NCBI GenBank assembly: GCA_030770535.1
Contig: JASVEC010000021.1
Coordinates: 62,001 to 126,000, forward strand
DNA from: Batkoa obscura
Taxonomy: Eukaryota
Direction: 5' to 3'
Length of the DNA: 64,000 nt
A program made the position numbers and the translations under genes. Of the stretch, positions 51,764-62,553 are shown piece after piece. Within the stretch, counting starts at the first letter, position 1. Every line of letters begins with the position of its first letter. The notes beneath the pieces were generated by a model. That model saw only the letters and a program-made list of their open reading frames with translations. It was not told where the DNA came from and ran no database searches.

Positions 51764-53128
51764 ATGAGATTGCGGGTAATACCAACTAAAGTTAATAAAA
51801 TAACAAAAGGATTATTAGCAACAAATATAATACAACAAACGAGAAGTTATAAATCACCTCAAAAAGTCGTCTCGTTTTATGATCAAGAAGTGCCAAAAGT
51901 AAATGCATTTAAAGATTTAAATTTTACTAATATTTATTCCTTTGCTAGTATGGAAGTAAAAATATAGGTACGGTAAGACTACAAGATTTATTGCAGTTTG
52001 GAAGGCCACCATTAGAACAAGAAAAATTGATCCAATCAGGACAATATACATTAAATGAGCTAACCCCAAGGTTAGCAAAACGAGTATTAGCATTTCAAAG
52101 TTTACCATATATAGTAGGATTGAATCCACATTTGTCTACAGTTTATAAGCTATATTATGATTCATTTGAAACTTTGAGAAGACAGCCCTCGATTTATTCT
52201 GCAGAACAAGATAAAAAATTTACAGAGCAGTTATTAAATTTAGTAGAAAGCCATGCGGATGTAATCCCAAAATTAGCACAAGGGTTTAGAGAGTGTCAAC
52301 CTTATTTAAAACAAGAAGAGATCGATAATTTTCTAAATGAAATGATAAGAGCACGTATCAGTATTCGTTTGATTGCTGAACAACATTTGGCTTTACATCA
52401 AGAATCTCATCCAGATTATGTTGGTATTATGAATACAAAATTGTCGCCATATCAGTTATTCAAGTCAGTGGTTAATCAGGTGTCACAAATATGCGAAGTA
52501 AATTATGGTGAATCACCTGAAGTAATATATGATGGACATACAGATGCTAAATTTAAATACGCACCTATTCATTTGGAATATATTGCTATTGAATTGTTAA
52601 AGAATGCTTTTAGGGCAACAGTAGAATGCTATCAAAAGAAGAAGAATGACGATAGGGAAATGCCGCCGGTAGCTATAACATTTTCACAAGAAAAATCACA
52701 TATCTGTATTAGAATTAGAGATCAGGGAGGTGGTATTCCATCATCAGATCTTAAGAATATATTTAAGTATTCATACACAACGGTACCTAGTCTAGATAAT
52801 GAAGATGACTCAATATTTAGTGTACAAAGTAAACTTTCAATGCAAGCGGGTATTGGTGGTCCAATGGGTAACTTTTATTTTATTTTATTTTGATTATTTT
52901 ATTTATTGTTATTTTTTAATATATATAGCTGGTTTAGGATATGGTGAGATTAATAAAATTATGATCCAAAATTCCTTTTAATATTATTTATTAGGATTAC
53001 CTATGACAAAAGTTTATGCTGAGTATTTTGGAGGAGGTTTAGAGCTGCAATCATTGGAAGGATATGGTACGGATGTGTTCTTAATTTTGCCTAATATTCA
53101 AGAAGAACATTATAATTTAGAAATTTAA
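51764..53128 (+). CDS. Mitochondrial pyruvate / branched-chain alpha-ketoacid dehydrogenase kinase
   Basis: [20 protein letters not shown] (N box), IRDQGGGI (G1), AGLGYGLP (G2), LEGYGTDVF. Exons 51764-51898, 51949-52867, 52929-52943, 52995-53128. Confidence 0.94.
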
Positions 53129-53469
53129 TGCAAGGGTACTAAATGGAAGCAGCACATGGTTAATAACTTGGTGTTATTTTTACTAACGTTTATAGTAATC
53201 TAAAGTAAAAGTAGAATAGGTTTGATGTAAAGTTAATAAATTGCTATTAAGATTAGTTATAATTATTTAACTTTTTCACTTTATTTTTTATATTCTTTGG
53301 ATTTACTTTTTATGAAATTGATGAATTAGGAAACATAATACTACTTTATTGTAATATAATCTAATAAATGATTTACATCTTGAGATTAAAGTTTATTACC
53401 AGAATATATAATTCATTTGATTTTGTCAATGCTTTTAAATTAAGTAAAAGGATAATTTATAGATTTACA

Positions 53470-53567
53470 ACATGGGGATGTTTTTTTTTGCCTCATTGCT
53501 TTTTCATCTTTTAAGCTCTATTTTACGTGGAAAAATTGTTAGTAAATTCTTGAATACATCCCCATAT
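53470..53567 (-). mobile_element. MITE copy (small internal deletion)
   Basis: ACATGGGGATGT...ACATCCCCATAT. Confidence 0.88.
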
Positions 53568-53593
53568 TGGAGGAAAAAGGGACTGGTATAAAA

Positions 53594-53675
53594 TGTCAAC
53601 TGTGGGGTTCGAACCCACGCCTCTCTCGAGATTGCATCTTAAGTGCAACGCCTTAGACCGCTCGGCCAAATTGAC
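53594..53675 (-). tRNA. tRNA-Leu(TAA)
   Basis: 82 nt. Acceptor stem GTCAATT/AGTTGAC, A box TGGCCGAGCGG, anticodon arm TTGCA-CTTAAGA-TGCAA, long variable arm, GGTTCGAACCC T loop, discriminator A, then a TTTT Pol III terminator. Confidence 0.97.
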
Positions 53676-53784
53676 TTGTTGGTTGTATGGAGCTATAAAA
53701 TATAAATTTTAAAAAAAAACTAATAAACATCAACTTAAAAAGTTTGCTTTTTAAAAAGATCATTTTTATAAAAATTAGCAACAA

Positions 53785-56040
53785 ATGAGTGATGAAGGTG
53801 GAAATCAGGAAATTAAAAATGGGAAAAAGTATTCTAAAGAAGATGTATTAAAATCGTATTTTGAATATAAAAACTTAAACGATTTTGATGAAAAAAGCTA
53901 TTTAGAATGTTTAGTTGATTATTCATATGAGGTAAATGGCTTAGTCTAAGAAGTAGTAATAAATTAACAAGGTTTAGATCATTACTAAGTATATCAATGA
54001 ATACATAGAAGAATCAAAAAGCTATTTCCAAGAAGTAGAAGGAAAGGAGTTAGCTGAAACTAAGTTGATAGTCTACTTGGGTAACATTGAGCTATTTTTG
54101 AAGCAAAAAAATAAAGGAAAAGAGTTTTGGGAGTTTTGTATTAAACAAAAAGAAAAGCAATTAAAGGAGTTAATGATGCGGCTAGTAATATAATTCTATT
54201 ATTATTTACTCATTGTTTATTTTCATATCAGCCTTATATTTGGTTATTAACTTCAGATAAGTTTTTGAATTATGCTTCAGTTCGGTTGATTTACCAATTT
54301 ATTGTGGTAAATGTTGGCTTGTCTGGAAATGAAGTAAAATTCAGTAGTATAAAGCAAGCAATAAATTCATACTAACAAAAATTTAAGTACCACTGTCAAC
54401 CAATATTGTATAATGTATTTTATGCTATGCGAGGTGAAATAAGGCCAGATGTTATTATAGATAAAGAAAGAGCCAAAATTGATGTTAATAAAACTAATAT
54501 TAATAGTACTATAAAAAACGGATTAAGCTTATATCATTTGATTCTAAAATATTTTCGTAAAAATCGACATCAACAATTAGTATATAGCGATCCCAAATAT
54601 GGATATGGGCAATTGTTGAGAAATTTACATTTAAAACTGAATTGCAATTCTTTAATACAAGTTTTTGAGGACCTATTGGTAAACTTGCATTTCTATTGAG
54701 TAACGTAATTTAATACTTTTTATTAGGTCAAATTCCCAGATTTAGAGTATTATTTTTTGATGTTTTCCATCGATTTAAACAAGAAAACACCTTTCCTTTC
54801 AGATGAAAGTGGGAGTCATATAAAGAATTTTTCAAAGAAGATGGTAATTTATCTTATATGAATAGTATTATTTATAATAAATATAAGGTTGATCGAGATG
54901 TATGGGATATTAGATATATCAACCGCAAAAGATTGGAATTATGTGATATACTAGTCCATAGTACCTTAGTAAAATTCTCGGTGGTAAGTACCTGCAAGAT
55001 AGTACTACAAATTTAGTTTAATCTATTTTTTAGTGGGAATTGGTCTTGACATGTTTAACTAGATATGTAAGTAGAGTGACAGAAGTGATGGATACTGAGA
55101 AATGGCTTAAATACAATGAAGAAGCAACATGTGGATTTATCACAATTAAAAGTCAGGAATTAGATAAAGATGAATTATTTGACTATGAAAATACAAGAAT
55201 GGCAATATTAACGGGAGCAACTGGAATACGAGTATATTTACATCATCAACTGGATGAACGAACTAAATCTTCACCAGAACTGAGAGATCAAATACATAAA
55301 TTAGGAGAATATATAACCAAAGTAATTAATATTAAAAATGATCCAACTGTATTTTCGATCGAAAAAGAATTCAATTCGTTATTCTTTTTATTTTTAGTAT
55401 CCGAACCTTCTTTGTATACGCTATTAGTTATTCTGATTCATATCGATGAAAATATCAAAAAGATATTCAATAGTCCCGAATACCAAATAGAAAATGAAAG
55501 GTAATTGGTAGCTGATATTCTCTATTTATGGTATTTAATATGTATTTTAGAGAATTGGTTACTAAATTAAATGAATTATGTAAACCAGACTATTTGATAT
55601 TAAGGTATTTCCAACATAATAAGTTTGACCATCAAACTTTAGTACAGCTATTTACTGAAAACAATAAAGAAGGGGTAGTATTCTTTAAACTATTAGTTAA
55701 AAGATTATCAGATGAAACCAATTGGAGTGATTTCATAAAATGCGTTAATGCTATTAATACAGAGTTATATTATGAGCTTGGGATATGCTTAATGGAAACA
55801 ACTTATGAATTAAAGAAATTAAAGTCCAAAAATTCCAATAAGGATGCCTATTCATCATGGGATGGACTTGATGAAACTATAAGATTGTTAGAGATACTTA
55901 ATTATAAATTTTTGGCTAATGAAGCTCTGTTCAATCCTAATAGACAGAATACCTCTTCGAACACCAACTTGTCTCAAATTAGGGGTCCAAATTCTCAGGT
56001 TAATGCAAATGGTAATCATAGAGGTTTAAGAAACTCGTGA
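53785..56040 (+). CDS. Probable divergent Lines (LINS1) homologue, multi-exon
   Basis: Start MSDEGG at 53785. ORF pieces 54406, 55040 and 55528 are linked by short GT-AG introns. C-terminal FDHQTLVQLF...FFKLLVKRL...NWSDFIKC...CLMETTYELKKL...TIRLLE resembles the Lines_C pattern. Confidence 0.5.
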
Positions 56041-56175
56041 ATTTGTAATAGACTTAGTATTAATTTTTCATAAATTAATTAAAGTAAAAGTTTAAGAACA
56101 ACTCATTTGTTACTTATTTAGTATTTATTATGTAGTCAGTACTTAATTTTAAATTTTATTCTGTATTAAGTTAGT

Positions 56176-56278
56176 ATATAGGGATATATTTTTGTGTTTA
56201 AGAATTACTAACAATTTTTATGCTCAAATAGTGTTTAAAAGATGTAAAAAGTAATAAAATAAAAAAACATCTCTATAT
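56176..56278 (+). mobile_element. ~105 bp MITE copy
   Basis: ATATAGGGATAT...ACATCTCTATAT. Confidence 0.85.
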
Positions 56279-56763
56279 AGCTTAAACAATCGTCTGAACT
56301 CTCATAGAATTTGAGTTATTTGTCAATTATGAGATAATAATTTTATTTTTTATAAAACTGATATTTAGTTAAAATTCATTCAATCGATAAAAATTATTGA
56401 TAGGGAATAAATCAATGGTTATTAATGATATTGTAATATCACATTGTTAAATCTAAAGATGAAATAAATTAAAATACTTTCACAAGTCTACTATTCTGTT
56501 CTTTTACCTGTATAAAAAATATCTTAAGGCTATTGTTACCATACCTTTTAGTTTCAGCTATTTATAAACAAGTTTAATTTCCTTGATATATTCTAGATTT
56601 TAAGGTTTAATGTTAAAAAAATAGAACTAATAGCTCTACTTCAGGTCCATCTCAATTTTATATTTATTCAAATAATATAGCCAGATGTCTATAGATACCA
56701 TATATCATGTTTTCAACTTAAAAGTCTAAAGTCGAGCAAATATTTTAAAGCTTTATTAGTAGC

Positions 56764-56871
56764 ACATAGGGATTTATTTTTTGTTTAAGGATTTTATTAA
56801 CAATCTTTCCGATCAATAACGCTTAAAAAATGAAAAAAGTGATGAAGCCAAAAAAAAACATCATCACATAT
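56764..56871 (+). mobile_element. ~105 bp MITE copy
   Basis: ACATAGGGATTT...ACATCATCACATAT, ~55 bp downstream of the eEF2-like stop codon. Confidence 0.83.
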
Positions 56872-56926
56872 TATAATTACTAGTTATTTATAATGCTATA
56901 ACTATTAATAAATTTTTGAAACTTGC

Positions 56927-59449
56927 TTATAGCTTATTCAAATAGTCATTAGGCGATGGAATCTCTGGTTTGAGCCCTTTGCGTTCACGTATCTTAAAGA
57001 TAATTGAGGATACTAATCCAGGTTCATAAATGGAACCAGGAACTATATTCCAATGACTAAAAGTAAGTTTTAGCAAAGCTCTACCACGGGTACTCGAAAT
57101 TAAGGCTTCATGGAAACCAAATGACTCACTGACAGGTAGGTAACCTTCAAGGATAGAGACAAGATTACCTGGGCCCTCAGCTATATTTTCTATGTACCCA
57201 CGACGTTTTGATATTAGTGACTGTGCACTACTTAAAACCTCGTTTGGAACTTCAATCTCAACCAAATAAACAGGCTCAAGTAACGTCGGCTCAGCTTTAA
57301 GCTGTGATCCATGGATAACACGGCGGCACATAGGGATAATTTGATCGTCACCACGATGAATAGCATTAGCATGTAGTACAGCGTCAGTGATATTAAAACA
57401 TGTGGCTCTCATCTTCTCCCCACATAAAGCACCTTCCTTGGTCGCCCATTGAAAAGCACTATTACATGAATTCTTAATTTCAGAAAGGTATGTTATGTCT
57501 TTAGTTTCATCAACTAAAAGGTTAGTTCCAGCATCTTCTGGACCAAAACACCATATACGACGACCAGCATTGATATCCCAACCATGGTTCTCAAAAAGGT
57601 AGCGAGAGATAGCTTCATCGTCGTCTTTTGAGCTAATTTTTCCTTTCTCAATCTCTGATACAATAGACACATCTAATGGCCCTACTTTCATATAAATTCG
57701 GTTATAATTGTTTGGGGATTCAGATGAATTTGATTTTAGAGATTCAGTTTGAACTGTTTCGCAATATTGTACAGATAAGTCACTAGCTTTAATAGGTACA
57801 CCAGTATATTCTTTCTGAAGGTTATCGATAGACATTTCAAGGTGTAACTCTCCGGTACCACTAATAATATGTTGACCAGATTCAGAAGTGAAGCATTGTA
57901 CAAGTGGGTCAGACTTGGATAAACGTTTAAGGCCTTCAATTAGCTTTGGCAAATCATCAGGATTCTTAACATCAACAGCAACTTGTACTACAGATGCAGT
58001 AGAAAATTTCATAGTTTTGATGTTAAAAGCTGTTTCTAAAGTAGTAATTGTACCAGATTTGAGAAGAAATTGATCAACACCAGTAAAACCAATAATGTTA
58101 CCAGCCGGACAATCCTCGATAGACTCAAAATAATGTCCTGTCACAAGGATAGTACTCTCAATAGGTTTAATAAAAAGGTCATCATCTTTACCTGGGATAT
58201 AGTTAGGGCCTTGAATACGCACTTTAAGACCTGAGCGAGCAGTACCTGAAAAAATACGACCAAAAGCATAGAAACGGCCGCTATCAGAAATCGGTACCAT
58301 TTTAGATATATAAGCCATGAAAGGGCCATTTGGATCACATTTTCTAATAGCAGTACAGGCTTCGTCATCAATTGGCCCTTCATAAAGGGTAGCAGCACGA
58401 TACTTTTGAGCAGTAACAGGTGATGGAAGATGAATGACAGCCATCTCAAGCAGCGCATCAGAAGCAGGTAGAAATTTACGCATAACTATATTAAGTAAAG
58501 GCTTTCCATTTAACTCTTTCTCTTCATTGTTGAGTTGTATATTTAATCTTTCTAGTAGATTTTCAAGCTCACCGCGTTTAGAATTCATTACTGTGTCAAA
58601 AATACGATAAATAGGATCCAAAATTAACATATTAAAACTACGCTCCAAGGAGTTATTATCAGAAGCATTAGCTTTGGTAATCCATCTTTTGGACTCTGGG
58701 ATATAATAATAGTCGCCCCAAAGGACTTTCATAAGTTTTTCTTTATCGACACCAAATTTCTTATAATAGATTTCAGCAAACTGACGAAGAGTAAAGGCCC
58801 ATCCACCAAGACCAGAACTAAAAGCAACTGTTCCATCTTTTGCATCAACTCGAGTAGCTCCTGATTCATTATCAGTATAGGTAGAGATAGTTATATTGAA
58901 ATTATCGATTCTACGGCGTAAAGATTGATAAAGTTCTTCTTTTTCAAGTTGAAGCTCAAATATAGCACGATCTAATTTGTTTAGGACCAATATAGGCTTG
59001 ATTGCTTCAGTAAGAGCTAGACGTAAAGTGCTTTCTGTTTGTACACATAAACCATCGATACAATCCAAAATAACCAAGGTGCCATCAGTAACTCGAAGTG
59101 CATTAGCTATTCCTGTTGAGAAGCTAGTATATCCTGGCAGTTCAATTAGATTGACCAAAAATTCACCACCATTTGTTTCTTGGTTAATAATTTTCGTACT
59201 CTCCTCTGGCAATCCAAAATATAAAGGGGTAGAAGTAGATTTAGTATTATACTGATCTTGCTTATCTTGACTGACGACAGTGCCACTGGTGTTTCTAGTA
59301 TTATTTGTTGGAACGATTCTAGCCTTTGATATTAAAGAATCAACCAATGTAGATTTTCCGTGGTCAACGTGCCCTATAACAGCCACATTACGGATATTAG
59401 ATGGCTTGCCCATCATAGCACGAATGTTGTCCATAGTTAAGTTCACCAT
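56927..59449 (-). CDS. EFT2-like: Divergent translation elongation factor 2 paralogue (predicted GTPase-dead)
   Basis: 840 aa, colinear with fungal eEF2 from MV..T to the C-terminal Y.nKL. G1 GHVDHGKS, G4 NKLD and domain III LPKLIEGLKRLSKSDP are retained. G3 is ELPGY and switch I is degenerate. No introns. Confidence 0.93.
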   Translation of the reverse strand: MVNLTMDNIRAMMGKPSNIRNVAVIGHVDHGKSTLVDSLISKARIVPTNNTRNTSGTVVSQDKQDQYNTKSTSTPLYFGLPEESTKIINQETNGGEFLVNLIELPGYTSFSTGIANALRVTDGTLVILDCIDGLCVQTESTLRLALTEAIKPILVLNKLDRAIFELQLEKEELYQSLRRRIDNFNITISTYTDNESGATRVDAKDGTVAFSSGLGGWAFTLRQFAEIYYKKFGVDKEKLMKVLWGDYYYIPESKRWITKANASDNNSLERSFNMLILDPIYRIFDTVMNSKRGELENLLERLNIQLNNEEKELNGKPLLNIVMRKFLPASDALLEMAVIHLPSPVTAQKYRAATLYEGPIDDEACTAIRKCDPNGPFMAYISKMVPISDSGRFYAFGRIFSGTARSGLKVRIQGPNYIPGKDDDLFIKPIESTILVTGHYFESIEDCPAGNIIGFTGVDQFLLKSGTITTLETAFNIKTMKFSTASVVQVAVDVKNPDDLPKLIEGLKRLSKSDPLVQCFTSESGQHIISGTGELHLEMSIDNLQKEYTGVPIKASDLSVQYCETVQTESLKSNSSESPNNYNRIYMKVGPLDVSIVSEIEKGKISSKDDDEAISRYLFENHGWDINAGRRIWCFGPEDAGTNLLVDETKDITYLSEIKNSCNSAFQWATKEGALCGEKMRATCFNITDAVLHANAIHRGDDQIIPMCRRVIHGSQLKAEPTLLEPVYLVEIEVPNEVLSSAQSLISKRRGYIENIAEGPGNLVSILEGYLPVSESFGFHEALISSTRGRALLKLTFSHWNIVPGSIYEPGLVSSIIFKIRERKGLKPEIPSPNDYLNKL

Positions 59450-61056
59450 AGTTTAATAAAGTTAAAAAGCCGTGGTAACGTTTGAATACCAACCTTTTAT
59501 ATTTTACGAAAAATTAGTGGTAACTTTTGCATCATCGACTTTGGTATTTCAGACGTGATATTAATTGGAATTCTCATGTAATCTATCCCTTATTTTTCCT
59601 TTTTTGTTTCCAAATCAACTATTATCAGATTTTGTATGCAAGTATGATTTAATCTATTTTTCATTGAAGCATTACTCAGTTGTAGTTTGGTTTTTTGGTA
59701 GCTTTTCTGGTGATATGATGCTTGACTGAGATAGAAAACAAAAAAGTTTTTAATATTATAAATTAACAACTAAAACACAATCTTATAAAAAATATATGGA
59801 GAAAAAAGATCTTCTGCTCTTTGTTTTAATACTCTATAGCTTTTTCTAAATAAAGTTATATTACTTCAAACAATGTAATTGTTGTTTATTGATCTATTTT
59901 AAGTAATTTTGAGTTATCCAGTTCTTTCATAGCTATAATACCTGTTCTTATTAATATGCTTTGTTTTTTAACAATTGATTAAATAAGCGATTTATATTTC
60001 TAATAGCCTTAAGTTATATCTTCAAGCTAACCTTTCCAACATCGAAATTTTATTTAGCTTTTATTCTTTTTAAAATTCAAGGCTACAAATTTTTTTATCA
60101 TGTTCAGTGGTTAAACCAACATTGCTGAATTCAAGGTGGAGATAAATCAGGGATTAAATGACCTTTAAAAGAGTGTAAAGTGGGATTCGCAGTAGAGGAT
60201 CTAAGACCATATCAAATTTTCTAGATTAACTCTTCGGAAAGTGTCCTACAGTATAAATAGTACTAATTTATGGCGAATTTTTGGTTTTAAATTCCTGAAA
60301 TCTTTGAAAAGTGGAGTTTGGTACAGTGAAATTTTTCTTTAATATAGTTCTAGCGTATTATAAAATAAAATTAATATACTTTTTAAGACGCACTTATTAA
60401 GACACACTTATTAAGTGAAAGCATGATCGATTAAGATCACAATAGTATATCAGCTACTATGATTTATGCTATTTATAATTGAAGCTCTTTTTATCAATTT
60501 TTAATAACGATTTATTCTTTAAAATTCTTGACCTTGTGTTCTTAAATAATTTATTAATACAATTAAAGAAAATTTGAAGAGAAAAGAGTGTCAAAAGCTA
60601 AAGCTTCTCGTTCGCTCCAGTTCTGCGATAAATTCACTTTGTTAATGAGGAAATCATTTTTCCACTTAATTATCTGGTACATATATGAAGAGGAGAATTG
60701 TGTAAGGCAGCTCCAAATGGAGGGGAATCAATATTGACTTTGTAGATGGTCTAGGATATTGGTAAATTAAAACTGAAAACAAACACGATATAAAACAAGT
60801 TGAGATAACAATCAAAGTAATTGATTTTATAGAAAAATTGAAGGAATCCTTTGAATATAGAGAAAGGATTTGACTGTCAGAGGTATTTAACCAGAAGACA
60901 AATAGAAAACCAACGATTTAAGCCAATTATAAATTTAGAAAACATATTTCTTAGTTTTACAAATTATTCCTTGAATACAAACGTTTTGAATAAGGAGAGT
61001 ATTGTATTAGTAATATCAGATACTTACTTTCAAGAAATATCAATATTTTTGGATTA

Positions 61057-61161
61057 ATATGGAGATGTATTTTTTGTTTAAGGATTTTGCTAACAATCTT
61101 TCTGCTCAAATAGTACTTAAAAATGAAAAAGATGATAAAACTAAAAAAGACATCCCCATAT
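61057..61161 (+). mobile_element. ~105 bp MITE copy
   Basis: ATATGGAGATGT...ACATCCCCATAT. Confidence 0.88.
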
Positions 61162-61210
61162 AAAATTATAGTTTCATAATTTAATAAAAATTTATGAAAA
61201 TATCTTGATG

Positions 61211-61315
61211 ATAAGGGGATGTATTTTTGTATTTAAGAATTTTACTAACAATTTTCCCACTGAAATAGTGCTTAAAAGATGGAAAAAGTGATGAAGCCAA
61301 AGAAACATCCCCATA
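61211..61315 (+). mobile_element. ~105 bp MITE copy
   Basis: ATAAGGGGATGT...ACATCCCCATA. Confidence 0.9.
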
Positions 61316-61825
61316 ACTTTAATATAGTAAATAGCTCTAATTATTAGACATAAAAAACCCATTAATGTATGACAATATATTAATTTATTGATAAAAGTAA
61401 GCTTTAACATAATATGAAGTAAATTTTTTAAATTGTATTTAAACTAATTGTAGAGTTATTAATGTTCTATTAACAAATTACTTAATTTTTATCTGTTGTA
61501 TATGTAGTGATTTTTTTATATAATAGCTATAATTTAAGCTTATTATTTTAAAAGTACTAAAAACATATCTAAAGTCTAGCTTTAAATAGCTTAAATATAA
61601 AAAAAATTAGCTGTAGATTTTAACAAAGTGATGAAAGTGACATTAATGTACATAGTAGTAATAAATAAGATGTAGTATAGCTAACTAGAGAAGTTTATGA
61701 ATATCATAAATAATCTATCAGAATAGCTAAATGTAGTTTTTTAGGTAAAATTGCACACTTTCTACTTTTAAGCTTTATAATTTTATTTCTTAAGCTAATT
61801 TCAGAAAGTTTAACACTTGGAAAAA

Positions 61826-61926
61826 ATATGAGGATATTTTTTGATTTCCTCCCTTTTTCCATTTTTCAAATATTATTTGAGTGGAAAGATCGTTGGTAAA
61901 ATTCTCAAACAAATACATACCCATGT
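61826..61926 (-). mobile_element. ~105 bp MITE copy
   Basis: ATATGAGGATAT...ACATACCCATGT. Confidence 0.8.
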
Positions 61927-62553
61927 GTTACAATCAAATATTTTATTTCATAAATAATTTTGCACAAAAATTTATGGTTTATATTAATACATCATAAAGC
62001 CGTATAACATTGAGATTAAAGTTTACTATTTAAAATATAATATTTCAGGATCAAGCTTAATAACAATTTTAATAAAAACAACTTAACATTAATAAGATGA
62101 ATTACTGATTTATTAATCAGTTTATATAAATCATCACTATGGGGGCGGAGATTGTTTGTTATTAACATTTGAATAATGAACCTGTAAAGTTTGATAAAAA
62201 GAATAAAGTTCAAATCATGATAGCGTAAGCAGAATTTTCTTAACCCTTAAACCCCCTTTCAATAAACAAAATATAATAGGTCTATTTGGTTATGAGATAC
62301 TAATACTAGTAACAGATGTATAATAATACTTTGCCTTTTATTAAAGAAGTATAATGCCTATTTTTAATTTATTTCCTTAAGCTTTTACGGGGTGTAATAT
62401 TAAAATAAAAATTCAAGTGTAAAGTAGCATGCTTTGTAACATTGATTAAAATTAAGGGATGAAAAGGAACCAAAATCAAGTCTAAAATAGAAATTGCAAT
62501 CAGAACAAAAAAGTATATAAAGAAAAAGAAAAAAGAGAAATTGAATTTAAAAA

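Noticed and set aside
57736..59255. Overlapping or antisense ORFs within real genes (57736, 57888, 58141, 58977; also 430, 5518, 16746, 45584, 50631, 51917, 62970)
   Set aside because: Shadow frames of genuine CDSs, mostly with non-ATG starts and no motifs.
56927..59449. Efl1/Ria1 or Snu114 identity for the EF2-like ORF
   Set aside because: Its length and near gap-free colinearity match eEF2 itself. It lacks the Efl1 insertions and the Snu114 acidic N-terminal extension.
49933..59449. Biosynthetic gene cluster with the eEF2 paralogue as a self-resistance gene
   Set aside because: No terpene cyclase, PKS, NRPS or P450 is in the window, the neighbours are housekeeping genes, and a GTPase-dead copy could not substitute for eEF2.
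59960..61057. Possible decayed element or gene upstream of the eEF2 paralogue, including ORF 60851 and the ACTTATTAAG direct repeat near 60390-60415
   Set aside because: No sustained ORF, TIR or domain motif could be identified.
1815..61926. MITE repeats as a CRISPR-like or tandem array
   Set aside because: The copies are dispersed, irregularly spaced and in both orientations, in eukaryotic DNA with no cas genes.
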